A DNA stretch of 36,810 nucleotides, from NCBI RefSeq assembly GCF_001194135.2, contig NC_068998.1, positions 10,597,204-10,634,013 on the forward strand, in the 5' to 3' direction. The position numbers were made by a program, and so were the translations under genes. The DNA is from Octopus bimaculoides. Taxonomy: Eukaryota. The notes below the pieces were generated by a model that saw only the letters and a list, made by a program, of their open reading frames with translations, made no database searches and was not told where the DNA came from. Below, in pieces: positions 32,470-36,810 of the stretch (position 1 is its first letter; each line of letters opens with the position of its first letter).

Positions 32470-34570
32470 TTAATGTTCTCTCCCACACATAGCTATGTCC
32501 AATCTGAACGCTCCATGTCTCTACTCATCCACGAGCAGTCTTGGTGCAGTATCCTCGTGTGTACAAAGATACCCGTTGGCATTTTCTATGTGGGTTTTGG
32601 TAAGAAACATTCCCCGTCCTTAGCATCCGCTTCTTTTAGTTCATTAAAAGCGTCATTAATCTTTTTGTAACTAACATCCTGTCCTTTGAGTAGCTTCTTT
32701 ATGATTCTGATTGCATATCCATAATTAATACATACCTGCAAACCACGTTGCACCACAAATGTATGATTCTTCTTATCAGATCCTGGTTCAATTTTTGAAA
32801 ATTGGTGAAATACAAATCATCATCGTCGTCCGTCATCATCGTTGTCCTGAGAAGGTTACTCTTTATTTATTTGTCGTTTTCTGTTTAGGGTCTCTCTTCC
32901 TTTTGAGGGGAAAGCTTTTCTTTTCCTCATTGCGTGCTCCCCTGAATCTTTTTTTCCGTAACCTCACTTTCCCCTCGTCTCAAGAGGACAGAGTGGTGAT
33001 GCAGCTTGCTGTTTAGTTTTGTAGTAACTGGACTTAGCTACTGTTGTTTCTGTCGTGAGCCACTTCCTCCACCATCTCTCCTTACTGTCACTACTGGCCG
33101 TAGCCAGAGGAAAGGGACTCTGGGCTTCTGTTCTGGGACCTAATATTAGGCGATCTCCTGAGTTTCGACCAGCGGTGCTGTTCAAGATTCTGCTTTGTTG
33201 ATATCTTTTTAACCCAGAAAAGCCTCAAGTGGCTCCTATTGCCACAAAGTATAACAGCTGGGCCTGCTCTGCTGTACGATCATTCTCATCGCTTTATCTT
33301 TTTGTCCGCTCTTGAATTAACTCTTCGTGCTAGAAGACAGTTTACTAACGCATCGTTGCCATAGTTTCTCTTAGACCTGTTCAAATTTAGAGACTCTGTT
33401 TAAAGCAAAACGAAAAAAGTCATTTTTTCTTCCCCTTTCTAGATAAGGCTTGCGTGTTTGTAGTGGTTCTACTTTAGTTTTTATTGTTATCGAGCATTAA
33501 ATTCAAGCTTTGCTTTCTGCGACCGTATCAAGGCAGAGCTTCAGGATGGCTCAGTAGTTTTGAGAGGTCAGAATTATTTAAAGCCCATGTTGACTCTCCT
33601 AACCAGATGTAATTTTTCGTGACCTCCGCACTAACTTCCTTCCATTTTGTCCCACAAGGGTTAAATAAACGCCAGATAACGATTTCGCTACAAACACCCT
33701 TTACCGTCACCTTTGTTTTTCATTGGCCCATACATAGGGGTATTTGTCGACGAAGGAATGTTGTACATATTACTTCTATCAACCGTTTTGCTTCGGCCCG
33801 GCCTCGTACTTGCAATGGAACTGGATTACTCCGAAGGATTTTCTTCTGTCAATAGACGCAATATTGCCCCCTGCTCATCTCCAGTAGTACCGTAGACAAT
33901 GATCCTGCTGAGGATTATATTTACAGGACTAATGATAATATACATCCCATTCGACGAGTTCACATGGATAGATCTGTTCAAGAAACAGTGATAAGCGCCG
34001 AAGTTAAATAACCTGGCGATGCGGCAGCGGATTAAATGAGGCGTAATTTGATCTGGACTGACACATGAATCGATCATATTGAAGTTTGTTCAGTTGCTTC
34101 TTTTGCATAACTGTTCAATTGTCCTACAATTACATCTTTGGGAGATTATTGAACCTTTCTCTACTTTTAACAAGGTATAAGTATGTTAGTTTTTTCTTTG
34201 TCCGCTCTCAAATTCTTCATGCAACGAGACAGAAAGGTTACTAACAGAGAATATTGTAATTCCTCCTGGGCCTGAACCTTGTTCAAGTGTAGATATTTTC
34301 CGTTTGAATCAATATGTGATAATATATTTTCCATAAATGTTTTCGCTGGGAAGGCTACTGTATGTTTTTGTTATTATCAGTCACCTTTGGTGTTTGAGAA
34401 GTCATTTTTTTTCTTTTTGAAATGTCTTTGTATTATGGCGAGTCGTTTGTGTTCATGTTAGATTTTCCTTGCTTATCGCTTGTAAAAACGTTTTGATTTT
34501 CCTTTGAGTGGGACGTATTATCATTGTTGTGGTTTTGTCTGGCCGCCACGTTGTTAAGATACGACAAAAT
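32470..34570 (-). pseudogene. unidentified decayed coding-like region (pseudogene or old transposon ORF)
   Basis: After a good acceptor (tgattttactctag|) come protein-like stretches broken by stops and frameshifts. Examples: ILSYLNNVAARQNHNNDNTSHSKENQ...SP*YKDISKRKK, FMENILSHIDSNGKYLHLNKVQAQEELQYSLLVTFLSRC, VKGVCSEIVIWRLFNPCGTKWKEVSAEVTKNYIWLGESTW, FVVQRGLQVCINYGYAIRIIKKLLKGQDVSYKKINDAFNELKE. No microsatellites or SINEs inside. Confidence 0.4.
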
Positions 34571-34782
34571 CTAGAGTAAAATCAAGCCGAACCAAAATGT
34601 TTTAATAAAGTGTTTTGTTGCCCCCAGACAGGCAAAAAAAGATTAATAAATATTTCCGTTATGTTATCGTCATAAAAAAAGTACAAACTTTACCAACTCT
34701 TAAAAACACGTTTAGTAATTCAAAACTGCAGAGCCGAGGTGAACATTTCTAACTCGAACAGAAACCACTACTACGTATAATA

Positions 34783-34968
34783 ATGGTTTCCAATTTTTAA
34801 AGGACAGGGAAGTCGATTACACTGATCCCAGTGCTCAACTGGTACCTATTTTATTGACCCCGGAAGGATAATAAAAGGCAAAGTCAACTTCGGTGGCATT
34901 TGAACTTACAACGTAAAGAACTGGAAGAAAAGTCGTTAAACATTTGTTCTAAAAACTACAATTCTGTC
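34783..34968 (-). mobile_element. SINE family B
   Basis: agtcgattacactgatcccagtgctcaactggtacctattttattgaccccggaagga...aaaggcaaagtcaacttcggtggcatttgaac. Confidence 0.85.
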
Positions 34969-35004
34969 ATTTTAGTTTTAATGATTTCTTTAATAATAAT
35001 GAAA

Positions 35005-35100
35005 AGCTTGAAATTTTGGGGGAGAGGAGCAGTCGATTACATCGACCTCAGTACGTAACTGGTACTTAATTTATCAACCCCGAAATGATGAAAGGCAGAT
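35005..35100 (-). mobile_element. SINE family B 3' part
   Basis: gtcgattacatcgacctcagtacgtaactggtacttaatttatcaaccccgaaatgatgaaaggca. Confidence 0.85.
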
Positions 35101-35834
35101 TCTGAAGCTCTCAGCTGAACGAAATAAAGATAACTTCTGTAAAGTCGCTCGACAACGTGATCGTTTTCCCTATTTTTATTAAGAAACTCTAACGTTTCCC
35201 TTAATCCACCTTACTCATCTATATCTGTCTGTCTGTCTGTCGGTCTAAAACTATGATTGATTGCTTGCTTCCGTGCTTGTCTGTAATTTAATACAGCCAA
35301 ACCAGTGCATCATGGGAAAAAAAACTCTGAAAGAAGGTATCCCTGAAGTGTGAATACAAACGGAATAAAATAACTTTCGCGTAAATCAGACCACGGATTC
35401 CCGAGATACGCGATTTTTGGGGGTTCCTTCATAAATAACCAAAATGTCGCATAATGGGTAAAATACTCCGAAAGTAACATAACCCTGAAATGGGAATATA
35501 TAGTACTGTGAAGATTGTTTCGATTAATTTTATGTTTGTTATATAACAATTCCTTTTGAATTTTTGTAGAGGGGTACACATAAGCCATTAATAAATGCCG
35601 TTACTGGAGTTCAAGTTTATCTCGGAAGTTCTGTTTCTATTAGATGCTGTAAATAATCAATAAAACCTGAAACATGAACTTGTAAACCAGACCTATGATG
35701 ACACGAACGAATTGAAATATTTAATTGAATCATCATAAAATTAACTTTCATTTCAATGCAATGTTGAAATCAGCTTCAATGTTTTATAACCTGAACTGTC
35801 AGTGACCCAACGAGTCTAGTTATTAATATTAATG

Positions 35835-36032
35835 AAGGCGGTGAGCTAGCAGAATTGTTAGCACGCTGGACGAAATGCTTATCGGTTTCTCGCCCGTCGC
35901 TACGTTCTGAGTTCAACTTTGCCTTTCATCTTTTCGGGGTCGATAATTTAAGTACCAATGAAACACTTGGGGTTGAGGTGATCGACTAGCCCCTCACCCA
36001 AATTCAGGCCTTGTGCCTATAGTGGAAAGGAT
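35835..36032 (+). mobile_element. SINE family B with 14-bp target-site duplication
   Basis: Head aaggcggtgagctagcagaattgttag, Nin-like core and tail. Flanked by tattaatattaatg at 35821-35834 and 36033-36046. Confidence 0.9.
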
Positions 36033-36048
36033 TATTAATATTAATGGC

Positions 36049-36260
36049 AAGGCGGCTAGCTGGCAGAATAGTTAACACATCAGACAAAATGCTTAGCGGC
36101 ATTTCAGTCGGCTCTTTATGTTCTTGGCTTAAATATCTCCGAGATGCCTTTCATCCTTTCGAGGTCGATATAATAAAGTGCCAATCAAGTACTGGACTCG
36201 ATCTAATCGACTTCCCACCCCCAACTAAAATTGCAGCCACTGTGCCAGCAATTTGAAACC
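36049..36260 (+). mobile_element. SINE family B
   Basis: aaggcggctagctggcagaatagttaa...gcctttcatcctttcgaggtcgata...ctcgatctaatcgac...atttgaaacc. Confidence 0.85.
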
Positions 36261-36477
36261 CTTGTTAATTTTATTGGTGCCTGTCTGCTACTGATTAATG
36301 AGGGTGTCACCAAAAATACTCTTCAAATTTCGAGGACATCTCCTAGTACCCTTACAATTACAAGATGTGATTTCAAGATTTCTATAATTACCTAATTCTG
36401 TCTGTGTAGCTAATTGTGTCAAATGATTCTGTTATTGTTTTTGTTTGCCTTTTAAACTGAAGCCTGTTATATTTTAG

Positions 36478-36571
36478 AATGTGGGATTCACAGTTGTGAC
36501 CGGCTCGTCTTTTTAGAATATCAGGGACACCAACATTGTTCAATGTATCAATCTTTATTCATGACAAACAG
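36478..36571 (+). CDS. candidate coding exon, phase-compatible with 29213-29359
   Basis: T-rich acceptor (gttatattttag|). Open frame (E)CGIHSCDRLVFLEYQGHQHCSMYQSLFMTN. Weak donor CAG|GTTATT. Confidence 0.25.
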
Positions 36572-36751
36572 GTTATTATTTGATTGAGATTAACAATTTC
36601 TGGCAGATCGAATTGACCACAGGCTCTTTCTCACCCCCATCTCTCCCTCTCGCTCTATTTCTCTCACTCCGTCTCTCTCTCCCTCTCTCACCTCATTTCT
36701 CCCCTCTATCTCCATCTCTCTCCCACTCTCTCCCACTCTCTCTCCATCTCT

Positions 36752-36810
36752 CTCTCCCCCCGTTTCTCTCCCCCCGTTTCTCTCCCCCCGTTTCTCTCCC
36801 CCCGTTTCTC
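36752..36810. repeat. 14-bp pyrimidine-rich minisatellite (ctctccccccgttt) x4+
   Basis: Four perfect units running to the window end. Confidence 0.9.

Overview
Eukaryotic, AT-rich, repeat-dense intergenic or intronic DNA. About 7.4 kb (~20%) is N, in 15 gaps, most bordered by microsatellites. The SINE families and the (TACA)n/(TG)n/(TAA)n load match what I recall of Octopus (coleoid cephalopod) DNA; this is an inference, not a search result. No intact gene can be named. Most track ORFs are artefacts of microsatellites, N-runs or antisense reading of repeats. Supported content: (1) about 20 tRNA-derived SINE copies in three families. Family A has a CORE-like centre, an internal microsatellite and a partial Nin-like block. 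Family B has a Nin/Deu-like centre. Family C has a GTGTCCTTGAGCAAGACAC centre. (2) Fragments of R4/Dong-clade RLE retrotransposons. One 5'-truncated copy lies inside a (TACA)n tract and a short 3' end lies inside a (TAA)n tract. (3) A decayed hAT transposase C-terminus, duplicated in tandem. (4) Degenerate minimal hammerhead-ribozyme motifs; one lies in a 356-bp unit bounded by 51-bp direct repeats (retrozyme/Penelope-like). (5) A SINE-derived 41-42 bp minisatellite with A-B-A higher-order structure. (6) A ~2.1 kb unidentified decayed coding-like segment and a few candidate exons. The best leads are the possible (TACA)n-targeting LINE and the fossil retrozyme-like unit.
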